From Deferribacterales bacterium (GTDB lineage Bacteria; Chrysiogenota; Deferribacteres; Deferribacterales; Geovibrionaceae): 64,000 bases of DNA. The notes beneath the pieces are model-generated. The model did no database searches. It worked only from the letters and a program-made list of their open reading frames with translations, and was not told the DNA's origin. How positions within the stretch are numbered: the first letter of the stretch is position 1; every line of letters starts with the position of its first letter. This document shows positions 27,732 through 38,966 of the stretch, one piece after another. The position numbers were made by a program, and so were the translations under genes. The stretch lies in NCBI GenBank assembly GCA_050251875.1, contig JBFWMA010000001.1:337587-401586 (forward strand), in the 5' to 3' direction.

Positions 27732-29406
27732 AAAAAGCCGAATCAGCTTTTTTTCATGGCTGGCGATTTTTGTATTTTGCCTAATGGGGCTCCGCATTGT
27801 CTGGCTGAATTTTGACGGCGCGTTTTACTCGGATCTGGCCGCCAAACAGTCAACGGGCGTAATGGAAAGCTCAAAGGGAAGGGGACTTATAGTGGATGCC
27901 CAGGGTCATCCTCTGGCTATAAATAAGAAGTCCGCTTCCCTTTATGTTTTCCCGGCGGAACTCAAGGACAGACAAGGGTTTATCGACAAATTGAGACAGG
28001 CGGGCATCCGTCTTCCGGCGGATAAACGCAGCCGGATTTTAAAGAGCAACTCGTTTGTCTGGCTCGCCAGAAACATAGATGTGGCAGACGCCGAGCGTGT
28101 GCAGAAATATGTGGACAAGGTCGAGTATATCCTCGAAGAACAGAGACTCTATCCCGAACGGAAGCTGGCGGCGTCCATAGTGGGCTTCACCGGAACAGAT
28201 AACAAAGGGCTGGGCGGAATAGAGTACAGATACGACAGTGTGCTGGAAGGGCGCAAATTCAGGATACTGGGGCTCAAAGACAACAAGGGAAAACGCATAA
28301 TACTGGAAGATCCTGAGAAGAAAAAAGAAGTAGATACAATGATCTACCTGACGATAGACCAATACCTACAGGGACTATCAGAAGAAATCCTGCGGGAGGA
28401 CACAGATACATTTCAGGCGGACAAGGGGATTGCCATCGCCATGGACGCCGAAACAGGGGAAATAATTTTTGCTGCGTCCTCCGGCGGGTTTGACCCGAAC
28501 GAGTATAAGAAATACCCCTCCAGAGAATGGAGAAACTATCCTGCGGCATTTCTTTATGAGCCCGGATCGATCTTCAAGCCGGTGATATTCTCTCTGCTGA
28601 TGGACAGCCACAGGCTGAACCTGAACGAACTGGTTAACTGCGAAAACGGAATATACAACATATACGGACACAACATAAAAGACGTGCATAAAAGCGGGCT
28701 GATATCCGCCGAGCAGGTCTTGGTTCAGTCCAGCAACATCGGAACAATAAAGCTGTCCGAGAAAGTAACCAAAAAAGAATTTTATGATTATATAGAAAAA
28801 CTTGGCTTCGGACAGAAGACAGGCGTTGCCGGTATTCTGGAAGAGGACGGACTCCTGAGAAACTATAAGAGATGGTCCGGGCTGAGCAAGCCCTCCATAT
28901 CCATAGGTCAGGAGATTCTGGTTACGCCTCTTCAGATGGTGCGTTTCTACAGCGCCATAGCCAACGGCGGCATGCTGAAAAATCCGAAGATAGTAAAGAA
29001 GGTTGTGAAGGGTGAGGACACATACACACCCAAAGACGCCGGGGTGAGGGTGTTCTCCGAGGCGACTGCCGGAAGGCTTCACACTCTTCTGAAAAAAGTT
29101 GTTAAAGACGGCACAGGTAAAAACGCTTACTCCGACTATGTGGAGATAGGCGGAAAGACAGGTACCGGACAGAGGATAGACAAGGAGACAGGAACCTACA
29201 GCAAGAGCGGATATGTGGCGAGTTTCGCCGGAATATTCCCTGCCGACAATCCCAAAATAGCCATGGTTGTGGTGTATAAGGAGCCGAAAAGCTCCATATA
29301 CGGCGGTTCAACAGCCGCAAAAACCTTTAAGACTCTGGCTGAACAGGTGTCGATGCATCTGGGGCTAAAAAGGAGCTATGTATATGAAAGTGTCCCGACT
29401 TCTTGA
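27718..29406 (+). CDS. ftsI: Class B penicillin-binding protein PBP3
   Basis: YEPGSIFK, SSN, KTGT motifs. Confidence 0.95.
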   Translation: MLKNEKSRISFFSWLAIFVFCLMGLRIVWLNFDGAFYSDLAAKQSTGVMESSKGRGLIVDAQGHPLAINKKSASLYVFPAELKDRQGFIDKLRQAGIRLPADKRSRILKSNSFVWLARNIDVADAERVQKYVDKVEYILEEQRLYPERKLAASIVGFTGTDNKGLGGIEYRYDSVLEGRKFRILGLKDNKGKRIILEDPEKKKEVDTMIYLTIDQYLQGLSEEILREDTDTFQADKGIAIAMDAETGEIIFAASSGGFDPNEYKKYPSREWRNYPAAFLYEPGSIFKPVIFSLLMDSHRLNLNELVNCENGIYNIYGHNIKDVHKSGLISAEQVLVQSSNIGTIKLSEKVTKKEFYDYIEKLGFGQKTGVAGILEEDGLLRNYKRWSGLSKPSISIGQEILVTPLQMVRFYSAIANGGMLKNPKIVKKVVKGEDTYTPKDAGVRVFSEATAGRLHTLLKKVVKDGTGKNAYSDYVEIGGKTGTGQRIDKETGTYSKSGYVASFAGIFPADNPKIAMVVVYKEPKSSIYGGSTAAKTFKTLAEQVSMHLGLKRSYVYESVPTS

Positions 29407-30838
29407 CGGACTGAATATCGTCAGTTTTGATCTGGATGTTGATTTCGAAGCGGATGTGAAGGACATCAGCTTCGACAGCAGAGACCTTAAGAGAAAAGCG
29501 CCCTTCTTCGCATACAGAGGCGCTAAGGTCGATTCACACTCCTTTGCCAAAGAGGCTTATGAGAACTCAAAGGCTCCCTTTGTCGTTGCGGAGCGTCCCA
29601 TAGACGGTGTTCCCACCGTAGTGGTGGAAGACGGACGCAAGGCGATGGCTCTGGCATGCAGAAATCTCTTCGGCAGACCGGATGAGGACATGGTGAAGGT
29701 AGGGGTGACCGGAACCAACGGAAAGACAACAACAACATATATCATAGAATCCATAATGAAAAAAGCCGGACACAAGCCTGTGCGCATAGGCACCACAGGC
29801 GTCAGCTTTATGGATAAATCAGTGGATCTGGATTCCACAACTCCTTCCACTTATGACTATTACAAAACACTGAGAATGGCGGCAGACGCAGGGTGCGACT
29901 GCATGGTGATGGAGGTTTCATCCCACGCTCTGGATCAGGACAGAATATACGGCACAGTGTTCGACATCGGTGTTTTCACCAACCTGACAGGCGACCATCT
30001 CGACTATCACAAGACCATGGACGAGTATTACGCCGCCAAATTCAGGCTTTTCACTCCGGAATATTCTAAGATCGGCGTGATAAACACAGATCACGAATAC
30101 GGCAAAAAGATGGCGAAAGAGTCACAGGTGGACAGAGTTACTTTCGGCGTGGGATCAAAAACAGATATCAGCGCCGAGGAGATATGGTTCGGGCTGGACG
30201 GCATCAAGGCCACTCTGACATGCCCCGCAGGCAGAATACAGATTCACTCTAAACTGGTGGGTCTGCATAATCTGGAAAACCTGCTGTCAGCAGCTTCCGC
30301 CTGTATAATGCTGGGCATCGATTCTCAGCATATCAGAGACGGAATAGAGGAGATGGTGAACGTTCCCGGCAGACTGGAAAAGTTCAAAAAAGACAACGGC
30401 GCTTTCATCTTCGTGGATTACGCCCACACAGATGACGCCCTTATAAATGTATTGTCAGCTCTGGAGAATTTTAAGGAACACAGACTGATCTGTGTTTTCG
30501 GGTGCGGCGGAGACCGTGACAGAACCAAAAGACCCAGAATGGCAAAAGCCGCTGAACGCCACGCCGACATAGTGGTGGTGACCAGCGACAACCCCAGAAC
30601 AGAAGACCCCCAGCAGATTTTCGGGGATATTCTGGAAGGTTTTCAGAACGCTGAGAACGTGATTCTCACTCCCGACCGCAAACACGCCATCCAGCAGGCG
30701 GTGGGAATGGCTGAGCCCAAGGACATAGTCCTGATAGCCGGCAAGGGTCACGAAGACTACATGATAATCGGAAAAGAGAAGATACACTTTGACGACAGAG
30801 AAGAAGTAAAAAAATGTCTGGAGGGTCAGGGATGCTAG
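29384..30838 (+). CDS. murE: UDP-MurNAc-tripeptide synthetase (mDAP)
   Basis: GVTGTNGKTT, MEVSSH, DYAHT, SDNPR, AGKGHE. Confidence 0.97.
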   Translation: MKVSRLLDGLNIVSFDLDVDFEADVKDISFDSRDLKRKAPFFAYRGAKVDSHSFAKEAYENSKAPFVVAERPIDGVPTVVVEDGRKAMALACRNLFGRPDEDMVKVGVTGTNGKTTTTYIIESIMKKAGHKPVRIGTTGVSFMDKSVDLDSTTPSTYDYYKTLRMAADAGCDCMVMEVSSHALDQDRIYGTVFDIGVFTNLTGDHLDYHKTMDEYYAAKFRLFTPEYSKIGVINTDHEYGKKMAKESQVDRVTFGVGSKTDISAEEIWFGLDGIKATLTCPAGRIQIHSKLVGLHNLENLLSAASACIMLGIDSQHIRDGIEEMVNVPGRLEKFKKDNGAFIFVDYAHTDDALINVLSALENFKEHRLICVFGCGGDRDRTKRPRMAKAAERHADIVVVTSDNPRTEDPQQIFGDILEGFQNAENVILTPDRKHAIQQAVGMAEPKDIVLIAGKGHEDYMIIGKEKIHFDDREEVKKCLEGQGC

Positions 30839-32187
30839 TCACACAGGCGATCAACGCCATGGGCGGTGTCCTGCGTACATCCGTGCAGGACGACATCGAG
30901 ATCAGGGACTTTGTCATCGACAGCAGAAAGGTGACGAAGGGAAGCTGTTTCTTAGCTTTTAAAGGTGAGAACACAGACGGCAATCTCTATGCTCAGAAAG
31001 CGCAGGAATCGGGAGCGGCGCTCGTGGTTCTGGATGACGAGGGCGTGTTCGACAGCATGACAGGCAACAGGGTTCTGGTGAAGAGCAGTCTGGACGCTCT
31101 GAAAACCATCGGAGCTTATAACCTCTCCAAATATAAAGGAATCAAGATAGCCGTCACAGGCTCCGTGGGCAAGACCACCACAAAAGAACTGATTTCATCC
31201 GTTCTGTCCAGCAGAAAGAGGGTCTACACTGCCTACGGCAACTATAACAATGAACTGGGCACAGCTATCTGCGCCGCAAACCTTAAGATGCGCACCAGCT
31301 TTGCCGTTTTCGAGATGGGGACAAACAGCGCCGGAGAGATCAGCGCTCTGTCAAAATACATCAGACCCGACATCGCCGTGGTGACTATCATCGGACACGC
31401 CCACATAGGCAGGTTCGACGGCATAGACGGGCTGGCAAAAGAAAAACTGTCCATAGTGGACGGCATGGACGGCGGCACTCTCTGGGTGCATGACTCATGC
31501 AGAAGATTTATCTCCGAACGTGAGATATCAAAGGTAAACGTAAAATATTTCGGAACAGATATGGCGTCCCATATTATTCTGGCAGACAGCAACAGAACAG
31601 CCGCAGGGGATTTTTATTTCACAGCGGTTGCCAGAAATACGCCTTACTGTTTCAAACTGAACCATATATACAGCCATTTTGTGCAGAACAGCCTCGCCGC
31701 CATAGGCATAGGCATGGCATGCGGGCTTTCATACACCGACATAATGAAGGGCATCAGAAACTTCCAGCCTCAGGCGGGAAGAGGCAGGCTGACAGACATC
31801 GGCGGTATCCGTGTGATAGACGACACATACAACGCCGGGTTCGAATCCGTTCTGGCGGCGATGAACAATCTGGCGGAGATCCCTTCCGAAGGCAAAACAG
31901 CCGTGATAGGCGAGATGGGCGAGATAGAGGGATATGAGGATATGCTCTATTTCAAACTGATAAAGAGAGCGAAAGAGCTGACAAACGTAAATTTTATCTT
32001 CGTGGGCAAGAGCTTTGCCCGTTTCGAGGAATCAGGCAACATACAGATAATAGCCTCCAAGGACGAGGCGATGAGAAAAACAGCGGAAGCCGAAGGCGGC
32101 GTGATGCTGTTCAAGGCGTCACGTTCGCAGAGGTTCGAGGATTTTATAAACTATCTTCAGAAGGAGAAGAAACAGCGTGCTGTATAA
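30832..32187 (+). CDS. murF: UDP-MurNAc-pentapeptide synthetase
   Basis: TGSVGKTTTKE, NYNNELG, DDTYNA, KASR. Confidence 0.96.
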   Translation: MLVTQAINAMGGVLRTSVQDDIEIRDFVIDSRKVTKGSCFLAFKGENTDGNLYAQKAQESGAALVVLDDEGVFDSMTGNRVLVKSSLDALKTIGAYNLSKYKGIKIAVTGSVGKTTTKELISSVLSSRKRVYTAYGNYNNELGTAICAANLKMRTSFAVFEMGTNSAGEISALSKYIRPDIAVVTIIGHAHIGRFDGIDGLAKEKLSIVDGMDGGTLWVHDSCRRFISEREISKVNVKYFGTDMASHIILADSNRTAAGDFYFTAVARNTPYCFKLNHIYSHFVQNSLAAIGIGMACGLSYTDIMKGIRNFQPQAGRGRLTDIGGIRVIDDTYNAGFESVLAAMNNLAEIPSEGKTAVIGEMGEIEGYEDMLYFKLIKRAKELTNVNFIFVGKSFARFEESGNIQIIASKDEAMRKTAEAEGGVMLFKASRSQRFEDFINYLQKEKKQRAV

Positions 32188-33262
32188 TCTTTTAGTACCG
32201 TTATCAGATTATCTTAGTTTTCTTAATGTATTCAGATACATTACATTCCGAACCGCCTATGCGGCCGTTACCGCTCTGGCTATCACTCTGATAATGGGAC
32301 CTTTTGTTATCAGAAAACTGAAAGATATGTCATTCAGCATGAAATCAAAGGGTTATGAGCCCGAACGCCACAAGGTGAAAGAGGGAACTCCCACCATGGG
32401 CGGAATCATGATAGTAGGCTCAGCGGCGCTCTCCACGCTCCTTTGGGCAGACCTCAAAAACCCCTATATCTGGATAGTGCTCTTCATCTTTGTCGCATAC
32501 GGGCTTCTCGGGTTCGTGGACGACTACAAAAAAACTATACTGAAAAACCCCAACGGCATAACACCCAGACAGAAATTCTCCGGACAGCTCATAGTGGCTG
32601 TCATCGCTATGGTTTTCATATACATGGCGGACCATACCGGAGTTTCGACCAAGCTGGCTATGCCCTTCTTTAAAAGATTCGTGGTGGACATGGGAATATT
32701 CTACTGCGCTTTCGCCGTGTTCATCATCATCGGCACATCCAACGCCGTGAACCTGACAGACGGGCTGGACGGGCTCGCCATAACACCCAGCATAATAGCA
32801 TTCGGTACCATCGGATTCATGACATATATGACAGGTAACTTCAAATTCGCTCACTATCTGAACATTCTCTATGTTCCCGGCGCGGGCGAGCTCAGCATTT
32901 TCTGCGGAGCTATGGCAGGAGCGGGACTGGGATTTCTGTGGTTCAACGCCCATCCGGCGTCTGTTTTCATGGGCGATGTGGGTTCTCTGTCCATAGGCGG
33001 AGCGCTCGCCGGAGTGGCTGTCATAGCCAAACACGAAGTGGTTCTCGCTGTTGTGGGCGGAATATTTGTCATGGAGACCCTGTCCGTGATACTTCAGGTT
33101 GGGTACTTTAAGATGACCAAAGGAAAGAGACTGTTCCGCATGGCTCCCATCCATCATCATTTCGAACTGGCGGGCTGGAGCGAAACCAAGATAACCGTGC
33201 GGTTCTGGATCATCTCTTTCATTCTGGCGCTGATAGCTCTTTCCACCCTGAAACTGAGGTAA
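32177..33262 (+). CDS. mraY: Phospho-MurNAc-pentapeptide transferase
   Basis: GTPTMGG, NAVNLTDGLDGLA, FMGDVGS, MAPIHHHFE. Confidence 0.98.
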   Translation: MLYNLLVPLSDYLSFLNVFRYITFRTAYAAVTALAITLIMGPFVIRKLKDMSFSMKSKGYEPERHKVKEGTPTMGGIMIVGSAALSTLLWADLKNPYIWIVLFIFVAYGLLGFVDDYKKTILKNPNGITPRQKFSGQLIVAVIAMVFIYMADHTGVSTKLAMPFFKRFVVDMGIFYCAFAVFIIIGTSNAVNLTDGLDGLAITPSIIAFGTIGFMTYMTGNFKFAHYLNILYVPGAGELSIFCGAMAGAGLGFLWFNAHPASVFMGDVGSLSIGGALAGVAVIAKHEVVLAVVGGIFVMETLSVILQVGYFKMTKGKRLFRMAPIHHHFELAGWSETKITVRFWIISFILALIALSTLKLR

Positions 33263-33265
33263 GAG

Positions 33266-34528
33266 ATGAGAGCGGCGGTAATAGGATACGGAAAAAGCGG
33301 TATGGCGGCTGAGAACCTTCTGAAGCTGGAAGGATACTCCGACATCACCGTATATGACGACAAAAAAGAAGGGGCGAAAAAGATCTCCGAGTTCACAGAC
33401 ACATACGACTGTGTGGCGGTGAGCCCGGGTATCGACCTGCGCAAGATGCAGAACGCTCCGAAAAAATATACCAGCGAAATAGAGCTGGCGCAGAAGCATA
33501 AGCCTAAGAACGCCAAAGTGATAGGCATCACGGGCACAAACGGAAAGTCCACAGTGACAACCCTCACAGCCCAGATACTGACTCTGGCGGGAGTGGATTC
33601 CGTGGCATGCGGAAACATCGGACTGACATACGGCGAATGTGTGCTGGCGCACGAATACGGGTGCTATGTGGTGGAGCTGTCCAGCTTTCAGACGGGCATG
33701 CTTCATGAGTTCTCCGCCGAGTGCGTGATAGTCACCAACCTCGCCGAAGACCACATGGACAGATACAGAGACATGGACGACTATGCCGATGACAAGATGA
33801 ACCTGATTAATTTCATCAGAGAAGACGGCAGACTGATAATAGAGGACGAAGCGTATCTGGTGAAAAAATCCTCATTTTATCAGGGCGAAACAGTAAAAAT
33901 AGATCCGAAACTGGGAAATATGCCGAAACTGACAGGCTCAAAGCTGGATTTCGGCAGGTTTTACGCTGATATAACAGGATTTCCGCTCAAGGGCGGACAC
34001 AATATAATGAACCTGTCCTACTCTCTGCTGGCGGCTGACGCAATATGCGGATTCAAAGGCGATGTGACAAATCTGGTGACAGGGCTCACCGGACTGCCTC
34101 ACAGATGCGAGTTCGTGGCGAATATAGACGGGGTGGACTGGATAAACGACTCCAAAGGAACCAACCTGCACAGCACGCTGACCTGCCTCAAGGGTTTTGA
34201 CAAGGGCGTTAACGTGATTCTGGGCGGCAAGGACAAGAACGGGGATTTTACCGTTCTGACGGACGTACTTAATGAAAAGGCTGTGCGTGTGATTGCATAC
34301 GGCATGGCAGGCGAAAAGATAGAAAAGACTCTGAAGGACAGGCTGAATATTCCTGTTGTCAGGGTAAAAGATATGAACGAGGCGGTGGAGGTCTGCCGCA
34401 AAAACGCTAAAAGCGGAGAGAAAGTAGTGCTTTCACCCGCTTGCGCCAGCTTCGACCTTTACAGAGGGTTCGAGCACAGAGGCGAGCATTTTATGGAACT
34501 GGTACAGACACTTAAAGGCGGAAAATGA
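33266..34528 (+). CDS. murD: D-glutamate ligase
   Basis: ITGTNGKST, ELSSFQ, NDSKGTN, SPACASFD. Confidence 0.97.
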   Translation: MRAAVIGYGKSGMAAENLLKLEGYSDITVYDDKKEGAKKISEFTDTYDCVAVSPGIDLRKMQNAPKKYTSEIELAQKHKPKNAKVIGITGTNGKSTVTTLTAQILTLAGVDSVACGNIGLTYGECVLAHEYGCYVVELSSFQTGMLHEFSAECVIVTNLAEDHMDRYRDMDDYADDKMNLINFIREDGRLIIEDEAYLVKKSSFYQGETVKIDPKLGNMPKLTGSKLDFGRFYADITGFPLKGGHNIMNLSYSLLAADAICGFKGDVTNLVTGLTGLPHRCEFVANIDGVDWINDSKGTNLHSTLTCLKGFDKGVNVILGGKDKNGDFTVLTDVLNEKAVRVIAYGMAGEKIEKTLKDRLNIPVVRVKDMNEAVEVCRKNAKSGEKVVLSPACASFDLYRGFEHRGEHFMELVQTLKGGK

Positions 34529-35619
34529 ACGACATAAGGGACAACAGACTTAAAATTCTGATTATCACTTCGTTTCTGGTAATTTTAGGTCTTATCTTTC
34601 TGCTCTCTTCCGGGACAATGGTTGCCCTCAGTCTGGGCAAACAGGAGCTGTATTTCTTTCAGAAACAGCTTATCAGCGTTCTGGTGGGATGTTTCATCAT
34701 GTATTCCGCATACCGTGTGCCGTTGAACACATGGCGGAAGCTGACCCCTGTCTTTTATTTCGCCACGCTGATAATGCTGGTGACGGTATTCGCCTACCGC
34801 CCCATCAACGGAGCGCACAGGTGGGTACTGCTTCCCGGATTCAGCTTACAGCCGTCCGAGCTGGCTAAGTTCACGGTTATTCTCTATCTCGCCCACTATC
34901 TGGACAAGAAAGAGGACAAGCTGAAAGATTTCGCAAAAGGCTTTCTCCCGGCGTCTATCATGCTGGGTTTGATCGGCGCTTTGATACTGATGGAGCCGGA
35001 TTTCGGTACCACATTTCTTCTGATAACAGTGCTCCTCGCCATGTTCATCATAGGCGGGGCGAGCATTATGCATATAGGCGGCGTTCTGGGGTTCATCGCC
35101 CCCATACTGATCGCCGGGCTTATGATGGGCTACCGCAAGGCGAGGCTTCTCAGCTTCCTCGATCCGCTGGAGGACAGATACGGCGTGGGATACCAGCTGG
35201 TTCAGTCGCTGGCGGCGATATGCAGCGGCGGTCTCTTCGGAAAGGGACTGGGCAACTCTTCACAGAAACTGCACTTCCTGCCGGAGGCGCACACAGACTT
35301 CATCTTTGCCATCATCTCCGAAGAGACAGGTCTCTGGGGAGCGTTCGGCATTATGATTCTGTTCGGGCTTCTTTTTTATGTGCTTATAAAGGTGGCTAAG
35401 TCACACGAAGATAAATTCAAGAGACTGCTCACATTCGGCATGGCCTACACCATGATAATACAGGCGATACTGCATGTAGGCGTGGTGTCTGGCGCTCTGC
35501 CCACAAAAGGAATCGGTCTGCCGTATATGAGCTATGGCGGTTCGTCTATGATATTCGCCCTGTTCATGACGGGGGTTCTGCTCAGAAGCGCTGAAGAGGC
35601 GCAGGGGCAGAAACAATGA
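34525..35619 (+). CDS. ftsW: SEDS polymerase FtsW
   Basis: QPSELAK, EPDFG, LPEAHTDFIF, SYGGSS. Confidence 0.97.
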   Translation: MNDIRDNRLKILIITSFLVILGLIFLLSSGTMVALSLGKQELYFFQKQLISVLVGCFIMYSAYRVPLNTWRKLTPVFYFATLIMLVTVFAYRPINGAHRWVLLPGFSLQPSELAKFTVILYLAHYLDKKEDKLKDFAKGFLPASIMLGLIGALILMEPDFGTTFLLITVLLAMFIIGGASIMHIGGVLGFIAPILIAGLMMGYRKARLLSFLDPLEDRYGVGYQLVQSLAAICSGGLFGKGLGNSSQKLHFLPEAHTDFIFAIISEETGLWGAFGIMILFGLLFYVLIKVAKSHEDKFKRLLTFGMAYTMIIQAILHVGVVSGALPTKGIGLPYMSYGGSSMIFALFMTGVLLRSAEEAQGQKQ

Positions 35620-36665
35620 GCAGACAGAGACTGATAATAGCCGGCGGCGGCACGGGCGGGCATCTGTATCCGGGTATAGCCGTTGCGCAGTATCTGAAAG
35701 ACAGAAACGTAGAGTGTTTTTTCATAGTCTCCGACAGGGGGCTGGAGAGAAAGGTTCTGACCGGGCTCGGATATAAGTTTTATGAGCAGAAGCAGACTCC
35801 TCTGAAAGGAGTGGGATTCGGCACGAAGATACGCTCCGTGTTCAGGCTGATGAAAGAGATAATGGTCTGCTACAGACTGATAAAACGCCACGATATAGTG
35901 CTGATGACAGGCGGGTTCGCCTCGGCGGCTCCCGGGCTCATCGCCATAATGAAAGGACTCAGGCTGTATATGCACGAGCAGAACAGCGTGATGGGCTTTA
36001 CCAACAGACTTTTCGCCGGAGGATGCGACAGAGTGTTTCTGTCTTTTCCGGAAACGATAAACGCACAGGGAAACACAGAGGTAGCGGGCAACCCGGTTAG
36101 GGAAGAGTTCACTAAGATAGGCGCTATGAAGACAGCGGGAAAAAGGATACTGGTTCTCGGCGGGTCACAGGGCAGCCGCATAGTGAACAACCTGATAGCG
36201 GACGCCGCTCCGGTGCTTCTGGAGCGCGGATTCAGCATTATGCACCAGACAGGCGGAGCGCTGCTGGGTGAGACAGAGGAAAAATACAGGCTGAAGGGAC
36301 TTCTGAAAAAAGATGAACTGAAGCTGACGGATTATATAGAGAACGTGGCGGACGCTCTGGCAGAGGCGGATATCGTGATAGCCAGAAGCGGCTCAGGGAC
36401 AGTGTTTGAGGTGATGAACGCCGGGAGATACGCCGTTTATATTCCGTTTGCGAAGGCGGCGGACAACCATCAGTATCACAACGCCATGTTCGCTGAAAAA
36501 GAAGGAATCGCAAAAGTTGTGACAGAAGAATCCGCAACTGTGGAAAAAATTATAGAAACCATTGAAGATTATGAGAAAAACAGCGATTTGTATATAGAAA
36601 AGCTGAACAGCGTAAAAAAATACAACAGCGCACAGATAATAGCAGGGGGAATGAACATTGGATAA
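35616..36665 (+). CDS. murG: Lipid II GlcNAc transferase
   Basis: GGGTGGHLYP, HEQN, GNPVR, GGSQG, HQYHNA. Confidence 0.97.
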   Translation: MSRQRLIIAGGGTGGHLYPGIAVAQYLKDRNVECFFIVSDRGLERKVLTGLGYKFYEQKQTPLKGVGFGTKIRSVFRLMKEIMVCYRLIKRHDIVLMTGGFASAAPGLIAIMKGLRLYMHEQNSVMGFTNRLFAGGCDRVFLSFPETINAQGNTEVAGNPVREEFTKIGAMKTAGKRILVLGGSQGSRIVNNLIADAAPVLLERGFSIMHQTGGALLGETEEKYRLKGLLKKDELKLTDYIENVADALAEADIVIARSGSGTVFEVMNAGRYAVYIPFAKAADNHQYHNAMFAEKEGIAKVVTEESATVEKIIETIEDYEKNSDLYIEKLNSVKKYNSAQIIAGGMNIG

Positions 36666-38055
36666 GGTGTTCGGAACGGTCAAAAACATACATTTTGTCG
36701 GTATCGGCGGTATCGGAATGAGCGGTATAGCGGAGGTTCTGCATAACATGGGCTTCACCGTGAGCGGTTCGGATCTTTCTGAGAGCGGCAACGTTAAACG
36801 CCTTATGAATATGGGAATCGACATCCGCACAGGACACAGATACGAAAACGCCGAGGACGCTGACGTTGTGGTCTATACATCTGCGGTGAAAGAGACCAAC
36901 CCCGAGCTGGTCTGCGCCAAAGATAATTTCATACCAGTTATCAAGCGAGGCGAGATGCTGGCGGAGCTGATGAGGCTGAAATATTCTGTAGCGGTGGCGG
37001 GAAGCCACGGCAAGACGACAACCACATCCATGGTGTCCGAAATTCTGAACGAGGCGAAGCTCGACCCCACAACTGTCGTGGGTGGGATTCTCAACAGCAA
37101 GGATACAAACGCCTCTCTGGGCAGGGGCAACGTGATAGTGGCTGAGGCGGATGAATCCGACAGGAGCTTTCTGCTGATGTCGCCCACCATAGCGCTCATC
37201 ACCAACATAGACTATGAGCATCCCGATACATACAGCGATCTGGATGATGTTAAACAGACTTTTATAGATTTTGCCGCCCGTGTGCCTTTTTACGGCAGTG
37301 TGGTTATATGTCTGGAAGACATGAACACAGCGGACATCATCCCGCACATAGGCAGAAGATTCGTGACATACGGATTCAAGGCGCAGGCGGATGTGCATGC
37401 TGTAAACATAGAGCAGAAGGGATTCGGAATGCACTATGACGTGGTTATTAAGGGACAGAAGATGGGCAAGATCAAGCTCGGATTCCCCGGCGAACACAAC
37501 GTGCTGAACTCTCTGGGAGCCATAGCTGTGGCTCAGGAGTTCGACATTCCCTTCAAAGTGATTAAAAAAGCTCTGGAAAAGTTCAAAGGCGTTCAGAGAA
37601 GGCTCACAGCCAGATATGATGACGGCTGCTGTATCGTGATGGACGATTACGGACACCACCCCACAGAGATAAAAACCACCCTGAAGGCTATCAGGGGAGC
37701 ATACGGCGACAAGAAGATAGTGGCGACATTCCAGCCCCACAGATACACCAGAACACAGGCGCTTATCAAGGATTTCGCCATGGCATTCTTCGATGTGGAT
37801 CAGCTCTTCATCGCCGATATATACGCCGCCAGCGAGGACAAGATAGACGGTGTGGATTCCGAGACGCTGGTGAGAGAGATCAAAAAGAGAGGATTCAAGA
37901 ACGTGCACTACATAGGCTCGTTCGATGACATATACGACTATCTGGACGATGAGGGATGTGACGAGACGGTTCTGGTTACACTGGGCGCCGGGTCCATCAC
38001 AAAGTTTTCGTTCGAGCTGGCCGACAGAGTGAGGGAAAAACGTGGGAAAAAGTAA
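36658..38055 (+). CDS. murC: L-alanine ligase
   Basis: GIGGIGMSGIA, HGKTTTT, EADESD, DDYGHHPTE. Confidence 0.98.
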   Translation: MDKVFGTVKNIHFVGIGGIGMSGIAEVLHNMGFTVSGSDLSESGNVKRLMNMGIDIRTGHRYENAEDADVVVYTSAVKETNPELVCAKDNFIPVIKRGEMLAELMRLKYSVAVAGSHGKTTTTSMVSEILNEAKLDPTTVVGGILNSKDTNASLGRGNVIVAEADESDRSFLLMSPTIALITNIDYEHPDTYSDLDDVKQTFIDFAARVPFYGSVVICLEDMNTADIIPHIGRRFVTYGFKAQADVHAVNIEQKGFGMHYDVVIKGQKMGKIKLGFPGEHNVLNSLGAIAVAQEFDIPFKVIKKALEKFKGVQRRLTARYDDGCCIVMDDYGHHPTEIKTTLKAIRGAYGDKKIVATFQPHRYTRTQALIKDFAMAFFDVDQLFIADIYAASEDKIDGVDSETLVREIKKRGFKNVHYIGSFDDIYDYLDDEGCDETVLVTLGAGSITKFSFELADRVREKRGKK

Positions 38056-38926
38056 GGTTGCGGTCCTTTACGGCGGGATGTCAGCCGAAAGAGAGGTTTC
38101 GCTCAGAAGCGGGCAGGCGGCTTATGACGCTCTGGTTCGTCTGGGTTATGAAACCGCTCTGATAGATATGGATAAGGATGTAGCTTTCAGAATAAAAGAG
38201 AGCGGAGCGGAAGTCTGCTTCATCGCTCTGCACGGGACATACGGAGAGGACGGGCGCATACAGGGGATGCTGGACATCATGGATATGGCGTACACAGGTT
38301 CCAACTTCGAGTCGAACATGATCGCCTTCGACAAACTGCTGTCCAAGGAACAGTTTGTAAAATGCGGCGTTCCGACACCCGCTTACAGTCTTTTGACTGA
38401 TAAAATGCCTTTCAAAAAATGCGTGGTGAAGCCGTGCAGACAGGGATCGTCTGTGGGCATACATATAGTGGACAACGAAAACGACTACAAAGAGGCGCTG
38501 AAAGACGCCGAGAAATACGACAGCAAGATAATGCTGGAAGAATGTGTGGACGGTAAGGAGTTTACAGTTTCCATACTGGGTTCTGAGGTTCTTCCCATTA
38601 TCTGGATACGCCCGAAAAAAGGTGTTTATGACTATGAGTCGAAATACACCAAGGGCATGACCGAGTATGTTTTCGAAACAGAAGTTACAGACGAGCAGTA
38701 TAAATATGTTCAGGATACAGCCAAAAGAGCGTTTGACGCCCTGGGCTGTTCAGGATACGGCAGAGTGGATATCATCTTTGACGGAAAAGAGGCTTATGTC
38801 CTCGAGGTGAATACACTGCCCGGAATGACAGAGACCAGTCTTTTGCCGAAGGCCGCCGGAAAAGCCGGGATGACCTTTGACATGATGGTGGAGAGGATGC
38901 TCCACGGGGCTGAAAAGCATAAATAA
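38042..38926 (+). CDS. ddl: D-Ala-D-Ala ligase
   Basis: GGMSAEREVS, LHGTYGEDG, GSSVG, YDYESKY, EVNTLPG. Confidence 0.97.
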   Translation: MGKSKVAVLYGGMSAEREVSLRSGQAAYDALVRLGYETALIDMDKDVAFRIKESGAEVCFIALHGTYGEDGRIQGMLDIMDMAYTGSNFESNMIAFDKLLSKEQFVKCGVPTPAYSLLTDKMPFKKCVVKPCRQGSSVGIHIVDNENDYKEALKDAEKYDSKIMLEECVDGKEFTVSILGSEVLPIIWIRPKKGVYDYESKYTKGMTEYVFETEVTDEQYKYVQDTAKRAFDALGCSGYGRVDIIFDGKEAYVLEVNTLPGMTETSLLPKAAGKAGMTFDMMVERMLHGAEKHK

Positions 38927-38966
38927 ATGCCAATACCCATGGATGGGGTTGCTTGAACGGAGTTAG

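Noticed and set aside
32420..37908. Long antisense ORFs (444 aa, 452 aa) and similar shadows elsewhere
   Set aside because: They lie opposite conserved dcw genes and carry no motifs; this is expected from codon bias.
36658..38926. murB missing between murC and ddl
   Set aside because: The absence is real (the genes overlap), but relocation of murB is common and not novel.
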